From NCBI RefSeq assembly GCF_030028105.1, contig NC_092379.1:25661821-25725820 (forward strand): DNA of 64,000 nucleotides. The letters are read 5' to 3'. Within the stretch, counting starts at the first letter, position 1. Every line of letters starts with the position of its first letter. This document shows positions 12,191 to 26,098 of this stretch, in pieces. A program made the position numbers and the translations under genes. The stretch comes from Mobula birostris (taxonomy: Eukaryota). The notes beneath the pieces are model-generated. The model saw only the letters and a list, made by a program, of their open reading frames with translations, made no database searches and was not told the DNA's origin.

Positions 12191-13169
12191 TCTATCTGAT
12201 TGTCTCTCTTCGTCTCCTTAACTTGATTCAGGTAGGTTTACTGTTATATCCGGCGCACTTAGTGTAAAGTGGAGAGAAATAATTGCCACTCCAGATCCAC
12301 GGCACTATAAAACAAATGCAGTATGTAAAGAACAAATGTTGAACAATACGATAAATATAAATACGTAAGAAAACGCCTATGCATAGGTTAATTGTAATCC
12401 GTGACGCAAAGCAAAAAACAGGACTATTTGTACATAAGAAGGCTGCAGGGAAATCATAAAGTAGCCCTCCTTGGGGGGCATGAGATATCTGCAACTTTCC
12501 CAGTGCCTACGTTTTTTTTTCAGTGGCAATAGTGCGAGGAAATTTTCCAAAGGTACCATAATCAACGTATGGTGGGTAATTTTGTTTCAGACACAATGAA
12601 ACTTTCCATTCAGCGGGTAGCCCTGGTAGTTTAATTTTGTATCTAATTATTCGGCTTTCAAGATTTTGTCAAGATCACGGTAGCACCGTCAATTTCGGAG
12701 TTTGGTACTGTTTGAATGAGAACTCATTTTGGAATTCTATTGACTGATTTTAATCTGGCGTACAACGAGAAACAGACGTACTTAGAACAGATCTACAAGC
12801 AGGTCCTTAGAACAGCCATCAAATGCAGTCGATGATTGTTTATGTAGTCTGTTCCTCTACAACAGAGCACGAGCAACGCAGATGCCTCCCCAGCAACTGC
12901 TCATCCTTGAAGTTATTTTTTTCATCCTACACAAAACTTACATTTTCTCCGGTTTCTGAAGATTTTTTTCTTGTGTAGAAAATAGTTAACACCTTAAATT
13001 TCTTAACCCAAAATATATGGCCATACTATTTCCTCAAAAGTATCTGATTTGCCACTTATTTGATCACTCTCCTAATCTGCCTAAGTCCATCTGTAGATTC
13101 CTTGCTTCCTCAGCTCTACCACAACATCCATATACTATCCATAAGCGTGAGCACAAAACCTCTTATTTC

Positions 13170-13575
13170 CTTCATTCAGAAAATGTTTGCCGGTTGGGCA
13201 TACGTCCACCAAGGGCAGTAGAAGTTCTCCTCTCTTCCAGGGGCCTGCAGGTTGCCCTTGAGCAGGATGTGGTAACTGTTTCGCTGACCGCTCACGATCA
13301 GTTGACGTCATGAGAGCAGGTGGTGGTTGGTCGTATGAGCAACTGGCACATATCATAGTTGGTGGTAATGCGACAACTGATGGCATGCAGGCAATCTGTG
13401 AAGGGTAGTAATAATGGGTTGTGTTATCGGTCTTGTAAAGACACCGTTCAGAAGAAGGCAATGAAAAAAAAAAATCTTCTGTTGATGATGTTGCCCAGAA
13501 CAATCTTGGTCATGGTGCTACCATGATCGCCCGCGTTCAATAAATCTTTATGTTATGATAATGATGATGAAATCA
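13170..13575 (+). mobile_element. SINE-like retroposon with RTE/BovB-like GAAGGCAATG..TTGCC segment and (ATG)n tail
   Basis: GAAGAAGGCAATG motif at ~13450 and GATAATGATGATGA tail at ~13557-13570; classification is inference. Confidence 0.4.
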
Positions 13576-14772
13576 TTGACACATATGGTGAAAAGAAGCT
13601 GTCTTCATGCCGATTCCTATGGAGCACCATAAGTCACCGCCAGCCAACCAGAGTAAAGTCAGCTTTAATCCCACACATTACATCCCACCGGTCAATAATA
13701 CCATGAGCAAAAGATGAGAGGTATAGTGGAAGGAGATGTTAGAAGCAAGGCTGTATTTTTACAGAGCAAATCACAGTATTGTACAAGATTTCAAAGGTTG
13801 TGGTGATTTAAAAAATGGTAAATTATTCTAATAAACAACTAAAATATGAAGTAAACTGTGTGAAGTATTTAGTGTTGGAAGATATTTGATTAATTTGGAT
13901 CATTTTAGATTCACATATTGTACGAGAAAGAGACGTTTCCTGTGCTCTAGTGTTTGATGTTCTAAAGTGTCAGATCGAAAAGATGGTTAATTCTTCTATG
14001 GGATCTCTGCTACTGCTAGTCTCTGTGGGTCTCCAACGTGCTTCCTCTCATTTTGCATGTCCCTGTTCATTCAATTAAAGTGTACATTACGGTTGCCAAC
14101 TTTGTGGTGTGGGTATATAATGCAATCAAGGAGAAAACAAATCAGTATTGGAGGTGTTTCTTAGAATCTTCCATTCTGCCTGCAAAGAGTCATCAGTATC
14201 TGTTACTTGCATTACTGATCTGTAGAGCAAGGTGATGCGTGTTCAACAACATTTGTGCTGCAGAAGAATTAGTTATCCGACATTTTCAAACAAAGCTTCG
14301 GTGTGCAAAACTGCCCACCAAGCAGTCTAACAGAAGGAATGATTACAATTCCTTTCATGAATTATATGTGGGCGGCTGTACAAACATAAAATAACGAAAC
14401 AAGCATTAAATGCCTCATTCTGTTCCATTAAAAAAAAAGTCTTATGGTATCTTCAGTCCCCAACCCCAAAATAACTCCGAAATGTTTGCATATGCTGGCT
14501 TTTCATATAATTCAAGGGTCCGTATGTTAACAGGCTCTGTAATGGAAAATGTAATGCTCGCATTAGAATTTCTCAGAAGTGAATCTCAAATGTTATGACC
14601 TCGGTCTCCAGGTCAATAATTATTGCATCCAGCAAAGACTGATTTCAGTTCATCCGGACAACATCTTCCTGTAAATGTTGCGGTGTCACTCGAAGCTTGT
14701 GAAATGCATCATCTTTTTTGTAACAGTAAATATATAAGAGTTGTAAAATCAGTGAGTATAAATTATTTAAAA

Positions 14773-14997
14773 ACGCAAACAACAGGAATTCTGCAGATGC
14801 TGGAAATTCAAGCAACACACATCAAAGTTGCTGGTGAAAGCAACAGGCCAGGCAGCATCTCTAGGAAGAGGTGCAGTCGACGTTTCAGGCCGAGACCCTT
14901 CGTGAGTCCTGACGAAGGGTCTCGGCCTGAAACTTCGACTGCACCACTCCCTTGAGATGCTGCCTGGCCTGCTGCGTTCACCAGCAACATTGATGTC
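14773..14997. mobile_element. Penelope-like element terminal palindrome with minimal hammerhead ribozyme motifs
   Basis: Inverted repeat ~14820-14995 centred at 14907/14908; the right arm has CTGACGA-AGG-loop-CCT-GAAAC (14909-14933). Confidence 0.75.
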
Positions 14998-15177
14998 TTT
15001 AGTATAAATGTTTATTTTTTTCCCCTTAATCCACGTGAGATGCTTTGATTAAACAGCTGAAACTATTTCTCAATCAGGCTGATCCCCCCGGAGAAATACA
15101 TCACGACATAAAAAGGAAGATTACTGCAGATTTTAATGAAAGGTTCAGATCCAAAACACTCTTTTCCTTCACGCAAA

Positions 15178-15247
15178 ATGCACGCTCCTCCAAAGGGCCT
15201 GATTTATTCAATCTACTACATCAGCCTTGCAGCTATCGGGGTCCCAG
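15178..15247 (+). CDS. GPR139/GPR142-like GPCR, exon 1 (MHAPPKGLIYSIYYISLAAIGVP)
   Basis: ATG at 15178 and phase-1 donor CCAG|GTAAC; splices in frame onto the TM1 asparagine of exon 2 (GVP-A-N). Confidence 0.85.
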
Positions 15248-16817
15248 GTAACATTTTACAATATTATTAACAGCAAAAATGTACAATAACTACGTTAGCT
15301 AGAAATTCTCTTTGGAGTTGCATCAATTCATCTGTCTGGATGCCGGCAGTGCAGAAACAGATGCAGTTCCGTCTCCAGATATGTTTCTCAGTGTAACGAC
15401 TTTGGTAAACAATTATTAGATTATTGGCCACTGAATCAGAAGCTCTGCGAGTGTAAAGAAACTTGCAACATTCAAGACGTTTGTCGATACCGTCACATAA
15501 TTCGCCGCTACTCACTTGTTGATGTATGGCTATTGTTAAGTGCATGACGTATGGTACCTTACACATGGAACGTATATTATAGGCGAAATGAATGTTTGAA
15601 ACAGCATACTAATATATTGGAAGGCGTGGGATACGCTCGTACAGATTTTTTTTTTCACAGACAGGCAACCGAAAGGACGAAGTGGTAAGTGTAAGTTATT
15701 TGATTTCTTATTTACATCATGGCAATGTCTTCAGCAAGTTAACTAGGTGCACGTTTTTCTTTTTTTGTTTTTTTTTATGTAGGTGGAATTATTAGGCAGT
15801 AATAATTAGATCATCAATACTTCCCATCACAGTACAATGATAACTGAGCTCACTTTTTATCAGTAAATAATTATATAATTTGGCGGACTAATAAGCTTTC
15901 CCTTCGTAATCTGCCTTGCTGAATTGAATTCGCGATCTCATGGTGACATTGAATGATTATAGTTTCCACTATTCAGTCATAATCCAACAGGCGTGTTAGA
16001 TGCATGTTTTAACAGGGACATTGAGATAATTTCATAGAATAAGTTCAGAACTTTCTTTTTCGAGATATGCTGAGCAAGAATCTGTCGATGTGTTTCCCCC
16101 ATTGAGGTTTTGCTCAATAAATCACCTTTTATTCATGCTCAGATTGGACAGGTTGTTTCTGATCGCTCGGTTGTCCTGTTCTTGTTTCCACTTCATTTGC
16201 ATCTTCTACCTACCACCACTACCCGATCCCACGCACCAAGAACTGCTTACTTTTGAGCTGCGATGATCTTGCGTTTTTTTTTTTTTTTAATTTAATGTGC
16301 TCTGCAGTTTACAGCAGTCGCTACCATTACTTCCGACTTTTACTATGCTCCAAGTCGATGTTCCGGAGACAGTGTTGTGGCGCTGTGAATTATAATTCTC
16401 AAGCGTTATGCCGCACTCAGACAAACTAATTTTATTTATGTGTACAATCATAACGAGCTTTGTCATAATAACTCAAGAATGATTTCTGCCCAGCTGGAGC
16501 GAGAAGGCTTTAGAGCCCTGCTTCACGTTCATGAAAATGAAGATTTGTCATTCAGATGGGGATGAGAAAACATATTGAATCAGACTACTGAGAAAGTTTA
16601 CCATTTTTTATACGACGTGCATTTTTGAGTTCCAATAAATAATACTTTAGATGAAAATTCCTACATATAATAAAACTAAAATTGATGCAGAAATTGTCTT
16701 TGTGGTAAATAGTGAGCCATTTAAAAGTGGAGTAGATAAGATGAAGCAAATACCCTTCCATCCCTTTTCCGCTTCTTCTGTTCTGACTTAAAAATTGTAT
16801 CCCATTATTTTCTGCAG

Positions 16818-17716
16818 CTAATGTGATGACACTGGTAATCCTCTCAAGAGCAAAGTGTGGCCTTTCCAGGTGTGTCAACTGTTACTTGGAGTCTATGGTG
16901 GTGACTGATCTTCTAGTCATTTTCACCGCGGTGATACTCAGCCGGATCAGCGTGACTTACGCACCGGGTACTTTCCTGTCCCTGACCCCGGTGTGCAGCA
17001 TCAGTAGTGTACTCGTTTATGTAGCCAGGGACAGTTCGGTCTGGCTGACCGTCGCATTCACTTTCGACCGATTTGTTGCCATTACTTGCCAGAATCTTAA
17101 AACAAAGTATTGTACCGGGAGATCAGCTGCGTTGATTATAGGCTCTGTCTGTGCTCTAAGTTGTGTAAAGAACATCCCCTTCTACTTTATTTACCAGCCT
17201 TCCTACGTCATTAATGGTGTCCCCTGGTACTGTAATGTGAAATGGAATTTCTATCATTTCCCGATATGGAAAGCCTTCAATTGGATCGATTGCATTCTCA
17301 CACCTTGGCTACCATTCATCTTCATTCTGCTTCTGAACATTTTGACGGTCAGGTATATTGTCATTGCCAGCAGAGCCCGCAGGAGGCTCCGGACTAGCGA
17401 ACTCCAGTGCGATCCTGAGGCAGAAAGTCGCAAGAAGTCGATCATCTTACTCTTCGCCATCTCCGGTAGTTTTATTCTTCTGTGGATGACCTATGTAGCA
17501 AACTTCCTCTATGTCGAAATTACCAAAGATAAATATTCCGCAGGATTCAATTTGAAAGACCCGAAGTTCGTGTTCAGGGAAGTGGGGAACATGTTGCAGC
17601 TGCTGAGCTCTTGCACTAACACGTGTATTTATGCCGTGACCCAGACGAAATTCAGACAGCAAATGTACGATGCGTTAAAGTATCCTTTCAAACTATTTTT
17701 CGCAGTGATTCACTGA
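16818..17716 (+). CDS. GPR139/GPR142-like class A GPCR, exon 2 (spliced product 322 aa)
   Basis: Acceptor TTTTCTGCAG|CT; uninterrupted ORF with ILSRAKCGLS, DLLV (TM2), FDRFVAI (DRY-like), KSIILLFAISGSFILLW (TM6) and SCTNTCIY (TM7). Orthology is not resolved, so no symbol is given. Confidence 0.9.
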
Positions 17717-20214
17717 AGTTGCTGTAATCAAAATTAGAATGGTAGTAACAAAGAAATATTGCTGTTTTTCAGGACATGTATTCCGCAACCCATTAATACG
17801 CAGTCCTATCAGCCCCTTATAGCAACCAGACTACTTCCCTCCTCAACGACAATTAATCCTCTGGCAGATATCGGCTGGAATACCCTCTGAACGCTCAAGT
17901 AATACGCTATAGACAGCTCAGTAAATCTCAAGAATTAACGAGGCAGGTTACAAGAAAATAGCATTGGGATTCTCACCAAAAGCAGAAGTCCCATTAAAAA
18001 AAAAGGTAGTTTGAACTGCATTTGGTTATCCTATTGTTGCTGAAAATGCATTCAGTGTCTTTGATGTAATGCAAAAAAAAAATCAGAACAGTTACGTGAA
18101 ACAACGATTCACCTGGAAGGAATTCATCCATTTATGAACGTTCGGATGGGAAGAAGTTCAAGTTATGATGCATCAAGGCCTTCTGAAGGACCCCAGCACC
18201 CAGGGCATGCCGCTTTCTCCTAATTACCATCACGTAGGAGGTACAGACGACCGAAAGCACACACAGCCCTTCAGAAAAGCTTCTTTTTCTCTGCCATCCG
18301 ATTCCGAAAAAAACATTGAACACGTGAACATTATCTCGCTTTTTAAAAATATTTTATTTCTGTTCTTGCACATTTAAAAAAAAATCTATTCAATATGCGT
18401 ATACTGTAACTGGTTGATTCTTAGATTGACCGATAATTTGGTTGACTCATGTATTCATTTATTCATTTGTTTTCTTTATATCTATTGTATTGAACTGCTG
18501 CAGTTAAGTTAGCAAACATCACCACACTTGCCGGTGATAATAAACCAGACACTGATCGAAACAAGCGCAATGATGAAATGTGTATATATTTTTTTTTATA
18601 TTAGGACGAAAAATACTTAATGGAACAGAAGGGTAAGTATAAATGAAGTACCGGCCAAACAGTGCTACCTCCAGGATACGAGCTCTCGAACATTGTTTTC
18701 CAGTTGTCAGATATACACCCCTGCCTCTGTTTTACACTTTATATATCCACGTTTGTTAACAACTTTAATATTATTGGCTAGATACTTTCATTTTCCATCA
18801 GTACATTCTTCATGACTATTTGGCAGAATTCTATTGATAATTAAAATCTTCGCAACACACTAACTTCCCAGTATTTGCATCTCTATTACAGTGTTGTTTC
18901 CCAATCTATTCTGGCAAAATCGTCTCTCTTATTTCTGTAATGTAATTTACTCCTCTTTACTACTGATACACCTGACTTGAACTTCTGCTTCTCAAATTCC
19001 AAGATGATTTAGATCAGGGGATGATCCATTTCCTCTCCCTCTCCTTTTATCTTAGCTCTCTAATCAATTCCGATTCATTACACAACACCGAATCAAGATG
19101 ATCCCTTGTGGGCTGAACAACAAGGTGATCAAAAGGCCAGGTCGTTGGCATTCTAGATTTTTTTTTCCTCTTGGAATACCGCAAGGACCTGATGTTCCCA
19201 ATCTATCTGCATATTGCAATCTACCATGACGAGCGATTCACTGCACCTTTGGCACGCGTTTTCTATGCACCGTTTCACCACATCCATAACCAGTTTTTTG
19301 GGTGTCTGTATTTAATTCCCATTAGGGTCTTCTTACTCCTGCAGTTGATTCGCACGATCAAAACGATTCAACAGTTTCTGATCATATGCCAATTCTTTCT
19401 ATTGATTTAAATGATTTTCATAAACCCAGTCACGCTACCCGCTTTGTATTCCTGTTTATACTTTCTCAACAAAGTTTATCATTGGACAGTAAGCTACCAG
19501 CTGTAATCTTCTTTCAGCTATGATTCAGTGTTCCATGGAACATTATACTTGCTTATCTGTAACCGTGGCACAAGTTCATCGATGCATCTAGAGGGACCGG
19601 GCATTTCTGGAAGTACAGCGGTTGGAAACGTTTCGCATAATGTCGTAGAGAGCGTGAAGTGGAGGTAGTTCCTGGTTATCCTCTCACCTGAGGGTGTACA
19701 TACAGGTTCAATCTTCATCAGAGGAAAAATAGAGCGCAAATGTGAAGAAATGCTTGTTATTGATGGGAAATACAATATATACGTAGTAAAGAAGGTGGAC
19801 TCTGTCAAGCATCGGATTACCTTTGTGGAGGATCGACTGTGAAGCTGCATTCAACGTTATCAAATTATCCAGTGCTAAACACTTCAACTGTGCGAAATAG
19901 AACACATTGTTTAAAGCAGTCAGCGGTGTGTGTCCGAGATTTCGAGAAGAGGGCCAAGATGAAGAATTGGGGTTAAATCGAAGTTCAAAGTTCAAAGAAA
20001 ATGTAGTATCAAAACATGTATATCACCGTACAAGAAAACAACTTTTTTTTTGTGCGAGTACTGAATAAATCCAGAATAGGGAAAAAAAAAAAAACAAAGA
20101 ATGAGTGCACCAATAAGCGAGTAAAAGACAGTTTAAATACTGTCGTTACGTCGCATCTGGAATTTACAGTTGGCGGACGATTTCCCTCCAGGCCGCTCTA
20201 AAGTATTTGGAAAT

Positions 20215-20405
20215 CATGTACGGGGCAGGTTACAACAGTGGTTTGCCTTTGCCTTCTGCCACGTGAGGTTAAGGAGATCTCCACCTCTTGCAGTGGATGA
20301 CCAGGGCGTCTAAGCGCCCTCTCCTACCGTTACCGCTCCACCAACGCCTGCTGGCCTGCCTTCTTGACCGTTGGACCACCATTCTGTCTCTTCTGCTCAA
20401 TCTGC
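20215..20405 (-). mobile_element. Fragment of the repeat family at 8864-9425, ending in GAAGGCAAAGGCAAACCACTG
   Basis: Shared blocks listed above; GGCAAACCACT resembles RTE/BovB-derived SINE tails. Confidence 0.4.
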
Positions 20406-23279
20406 TATAGCTAGAATTCACACATTGGGATAAGCAGAAGTTTAGCGAGCGTATATCCTTTGGTACAAAAGTCTGATGATTAAGGTCTAATAACCTCCTG
20501 ATCCCGGTGGTAGTGTGTGTGTGTATGTGTGTGCGTGTGCTGAGAATCCAGTACCTTCTTCCTCATGGCGACAGCGAGAAAAGAAAAAAAAAACTGCATA
20601 AACTAGTTGGGTGGATCGCTGATGACTAATGCTGTTTTCCTGACACATCTCATCGTGCAGATGTGCTCATTGGTCGGGAGGTATTGAGAATTGGGGACTG
20701 GGCCGTATCCATATTTTTGCATGGTTTTTCGTCAAGGGCATTGGCCTCCACATACTGGACACTAATTTAGAGAGAAAATACACATCTGAGTAGTTTTTTT
20801 CTTTTTTTATATATATAAAAGGGTCAAAGGTTCAAAGCTCCAATTTTATCGAATTAACCCGAAGGTCCATTTTTTTTCGCAGACGTCCAGGAAAACAGTT
20901 AACTGTCTCAAAGAATGAAAGACGGATACATGTAAGAACACCAAAGCTCCCCCCAGCTCACTTCCCTCCCGTGCGCAAGTGACAGCGAGCAACAATTCCA
21001 CCTCCCCCCACGAACACAAAAAAGGCATCCGTAACGTCATAAACATTCAAGCGTCAGCAAATCAATAGCAAAGGCACAGACTTGCAGTTACCACAATTAA
21101 TTTCGTGTTACACGCGGCTTTCGATATACCGCGGATTCTCTCTCTCCATAATAAGGGAGAAAATGTGGTCTCCATTTTACCATTAAGCGGAGAGACAGAA
21201 CAAACAACCCGCTGGTTTACGATGTTAGAAGTCCATTGCGTCACTAATCTTCGAGCTCTGTCCCCGAAGATCGCAAAGATCCCTGGTCTTCGGGTCAACA
21301 ACAGATATCCCCACTCCCCCGACAACACATGGGTCTCCTGCCGTGATACCGAACCTTGATCTGCCCGTCTCCAGAGCCCTTATATCTTAGACGTCCGAAC
21401 TGGAGCCGGACTCTGAGACCGAACCCGTGGTGTGCTTAAAAAAGTCCAGACCTCAAACCCCGAGATAACTTGTCTATAAATTATTTGCAGGAATAACATG
21501 TCTATGAGTCAGCCTGTAACTTCAGTTCGAGGACTTCAAAAGAAACCTGAACGGGAAAATAACGACATTGAAGACGGATATAGAGCTCTTTCCGAAGATG
21601 CAACCGAAGGAATCACCGTTTAGCGCCATCTTAACTTCGCTCCGCCCCCAATATACAATCATTCACATCTTCACAAATTACTCAGAAAGCAGTGTAGCCT
21701 CCTTGTTTTCAGATTTGTGTAAACATGCGCGCTTCGTCTGGTTGCTCCAGGTTCCAAAGATCATTCCGTCAGTATTTTAGTAATCTGACAACGATACATT
21801 CTACTGTATAAGTGGTAAAAACAGGCATGCAGGAGCTTTGTTGACATAGGTGGGAGTACAATAATTGTAATTAATGCAGGGTTTGGGTAAACATTCGGTC
21901 CATGGTTCGATTGAATACTATGGGCTGACAACCAATTTTGGCAGCTTTCTATGATTCCATGTCTTTCTCTCACACTGAGACTTAATTAAATAATGAAAGG
22001 AAAACTGAAAGATGTGTTTAACTGTTTATTAAACTCATCGTTCAGCGATACACTACCGTGATATTAAATTGCAATAACATTTTCTTAGTTAGAACGTGGA
22101 AGGTAAGGATTCTATACTCGGGAGCCCTTTTCGCAATAGGAACGTGAGGATCTGCATTTAAAATATCGGAGCTTGCTCTTGGGAATTTCTGTACCAATGA
22201 ACAGTGCGGTGCCAGTAGCCTGAATATTCACAGTTCGATTTAACCCGGTGTTGGTTATGAAGGAATTTTGCAGGCGGATTTGATGCTCGCCAACTTTGCT
22301 TTCGGATTCTACCGGAAAACATGGGGGGAAAAATATATATCACACGGTGTAAGTGGATGTCTCTATCAAAAATTTTACTCTTACAATGGAATAAATTATC
22401 CTACGTATATTTAGTTCCAAAATTTAACTACAGAAATAAATATGGAAAACCTGAGTTTCATTTTTAGTGAAGGACACAGCAGGCTTAACGGACTGGAGCA
22501 GCAGTTTCCAAGGTGTGGAGCAGTTCAAGGATTTTAGAAACTGAGAACAAAAAAAATAAGTGTTATGATTTTATTATACTCCTACAGTAACATTAACTGT
22601 TTACAGTCCTCATGAAGAATATACGTATATCTTAAGCATCATTGAGGTTATGACTTTCACGACAAGAAACATAAAGGCGTTTTTTTAATGAGCTTTCAAC
22701 ACCATTTCCTTTTACGTCATACGTCAATCGTTTTGACGATGAAATTGATGTTTTGGCATCAAGTCCGCAGATAATACGAAGTATGATGGAGGAAGAATGC
22801 GTTACATTGTGGAAGTTGAGATGATGGAGGAGGAATAAGACAGAATAGGCAAAGTTGTGGCGGATGGCATTCAGTATTGGCAAGTGTACTGCCATGGGAA
22901 AAGGAGTAAGAGCGAACAGTATTTTCGAAATAGATAGAAAATTCAAAAAGTGGAGGAGCAAAACGACTTGTGAGTTATCGCGAAACATTCATTACAGGTA
23001 ATTTGGCACATGGAGTCGGAGGTGAAAAGGGGAACTGCGATATCTGCATTCATTTTGAGATGACGACCATATAATTGCAAGGCTGTAATGTTCAGGTTTT
23101 ATAAAATCGCGTGAGACCTCAATTCAACTATCATGAGCCGTTCTTTACACCTTATCGAATTAATGATGTGTTGGCGTCGGGGAGAGTACAATTGTACGCA
23201 AAAATGATTTTGTGATTGAAAGTCTTGTCATATGAGGGGCATTCGATGGTTCTCCAACATTACTGAATGATTTTCAGAA

Positions 23280-23670
23280 AATAATTTGTGAACGCACTAA
23301 TACCCACTGGTTGTTAAACGGTTTCAATAGAAAGGATGTGGAGAGGATATTACCTATGCTGGGGTGGTGGAGGGGGAGTTGTCATAGACCAAAAAACACT
23401 GCCTCAGTAATCAGATTCGTCTTTTTTGATGGGAGATGGGAAGGAATCTCTTTGGACAGTGAGTGATAATCGATGGAATTAGTCACTGCAGGCGGCTGTG
23501 GAGGCCAGACAATTAAACATATTTCAGACTGAGGTTGATAGATATTTTATTAGTCAAGGCATGAAGGGATAAGGGGAATTAAGAGATTGGGGATGAGAGG
23601 GGGAAGGGATCAGTCATGATGAACTGCTGGAGCCGAATCCACAGGCCCAATGGTCAAATTCTGCTTCTGA
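23280..23670 (+). mobile_element. Old CR1-type 3' fragment
   Basis: Degenerate similarity to the 3' end of the CR1 at 44700-44937 (GGTGGAAT..., GATCAGTCATGAT, GGGCCGAATGGCC-like). Confidence 0.5.
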
Positions 23671-24022
23671 GTATTGTGGTTTTATTACTAAAATACCATG
23701 ATACTAACTGCGAAGTTCTCCAAATGCCGGTTTATTTGATATCACGTGCACTGAGCATCATCAACCGCAACATCAACCTGCGATCCCATTGTCACTCATT
23801 GCAACTCTATCCATTAGGAGTCCGGCAAAATGATATATAAACATAAAACACCGGACAGCGCAGCATGCCGTGAAGGCCGCAGAGAACTCAGAGACACGAC
23901 TGATGTTGTTGTTGTTTTTTTTTTTTTTTTTTTTGCCTTTTTTTGATTTATTGATCAAGCAACTTTCTAAGATGTCAATACATTTCATGTTCATTGAAAC
24001 CCTGGACAAATCCCACGATATA

Positions 24023-24776
24023 TGTTACGTGCCAGCAGCAATAGATCACAAATTGAGTCAGGGTTTAATGTAAAAAAAACAGTATATTTATTAGTATCTA
24101 CTCAAAATTTAGAAAATGAAACAAAATAAACAGAAGTTAACAGTGTTATGTCTGTGTGGCTCTCAAACTGTTAAGCTTAGGAACAGTTCCTAAAGTCTTA
24201 TGATGGCAAACTAGAAAGGTCCAGTAATCCATGGAATAACTGAGGGGAGGGACTTGTAAATCCACCTTAAAATGTAGCGGGGAGGCGATCACGAAGGATT
24301 CTACAGGTTCCACGCCAGGAAAACGAAGTAACAGTCGTCGGAGATCTTATCCGTCGAGTCGTCCCGAACTCCGTGTAAAAATATCACAAGATGACAGTCA
24401 TGGAACATTCCTTAGCACAAGTGGTTAACACATAACATACCCGAAACCATGTAAGGGTTAACAAAGCTGGTCACCATAGGGTACGGCAAAAAAATCCACG
24501 TATGGAACATACGAACTGGCAGTCACACATTCAATGTGCACTGGGTGCTGTTAATCAACCCAATTCTCAGGGCAAGACAAAGTAGCAGACTTTAATTATT
24601 GGTGGAGCAAGTTACACCCAACAGCTTGCGGTCCAAAGCTCCCTCTCTCTCTCTCTTTCCTTCTGAAAGTCCCAGCGGTCTGTTGCAGTTTGTTATACTG
24701 GCGGCATTGTCCCGCCTCGTCCAGACGTTTAAAGGTGACACACACAGTAAACGAAACCATGGTCAGCTAACGTACA
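24023..24776 (-). mobile_element. Probable solo LTR (~750 bp), unrelated family
   Basis: Near-inverted termini TGTTACGT...ACGTACA and AATAAA on minus near 24065; no clean TSD seen. Confidence 0.5.
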
Positions 24777-26098
24777 GTATTGACTCTCTCCACATCCAGC
24801 ATTTTTAAAATACCATTCTGATACTACCGCCAACTGACAGCTACTCAACAATAACTTCCTCAGGTTCAGACCATCGTTTTCTGCAAATAATAATTAAATA
24901 TCTGTTGAATTATCGCGTGCCACTGGCAAGAAAACAATTTATGACCGATTGTGACATCTGGAGACTCTGCTAACATTCAAGTTGACAGCCACAGTTTCAG
25001 AAACAAATAAGTAGTCAAACTTTGCAAAGAGCGGCAAAGTTGAATGTCTTCATTAGGTATTTTTTTCAAATTCAATTATACTCAGTTATGTGCTGTCTAT
25101 GTCCACGGATGGCACGTCCCGGATACTGATAATGCAGCCTCCAGTAGTCTCCAGAGGGATGCGCTCGCACACGTACACGAGTTTCCAGAATGTCATTCCA
25201 CCTATCGAACACCGGATGGCAGCATCAACGAGCGATACTGGCATCTCGTCGAGTTTTGACGCCTCGTTACATCACCTCCTACATCTCTTCTCCTGGACTG
25301 CAGCAACAAGAATATCGGCGAAAAATGAGCTGGTCTGCACAACAATCGTGCAACCGATTTCGAGCCAAAGAATAAGGGAAATAGACCTACTGTATATAAC
25401 ATGAGTAATGTCTATTGTTGCTGTGGGATATGCTGTCAAAAAAGTTATGAAAATGATTTGGAAATTATCTTCATTTGAAGAGAACGGCAAAAGAACGTTA
25501 TAAATGCAAATAATCCCTGTATTTCTGTAGTCGTTTGCATTTATTGTTGGAATTGGAAAAAAAAAGATTGCAGCACATTTTCTTGCTATGGCAATCGACA
25601 AACTGATATTTGGAACCTTCCCTTCACTTTATTCTCTGGGTGCATGGAAGCATTCGCCACTAATGACCTGAATGTATTTCAGCTGTTTGTTGTTAGAAAT
25701 TCATCATAATTTATTCCTGGACTATGATCACAAACCACGAATGACGTTCGGGTCTTGGGAACTAGAAATGACCCAAAACTTTGAAAGGAAACAATTCTCC
25801 ATGTAGTTCAATACTAAAGGTTCTCGCCAGTCTACAGATACTGAATACAATACTGCATCATGCACGTGGTACAATGGACCTTCTGAAATTCGGAGCAGAC
25901 ACTAACTAAGCATATTTAGATGATATAATCAGGAAAATTGGAAACCGCAAACACACGTGCATAACAACTGTACAGGCGTCATCTGGCATAAACGTATTTG
26001 TTTTCTCTGCGAGTGCTTTGCAATTCTCCAGTATTCTGTGCACAGGACATAGTAATAAACTGGAAAGTCACTGTGTTACAACAGCCAAACACATAATC

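Noticed and set aside
11822-12267. ORFs spanning poly-X
   Set aside because: Artefacts of the N gap.
25044-25404. CpG-richer patch with V-like words (QPPVVS, WQHQ, ISSPGLQ)
   Set aside because: Words lie in different frames with wrong spacing; no Cys pair or RSS.
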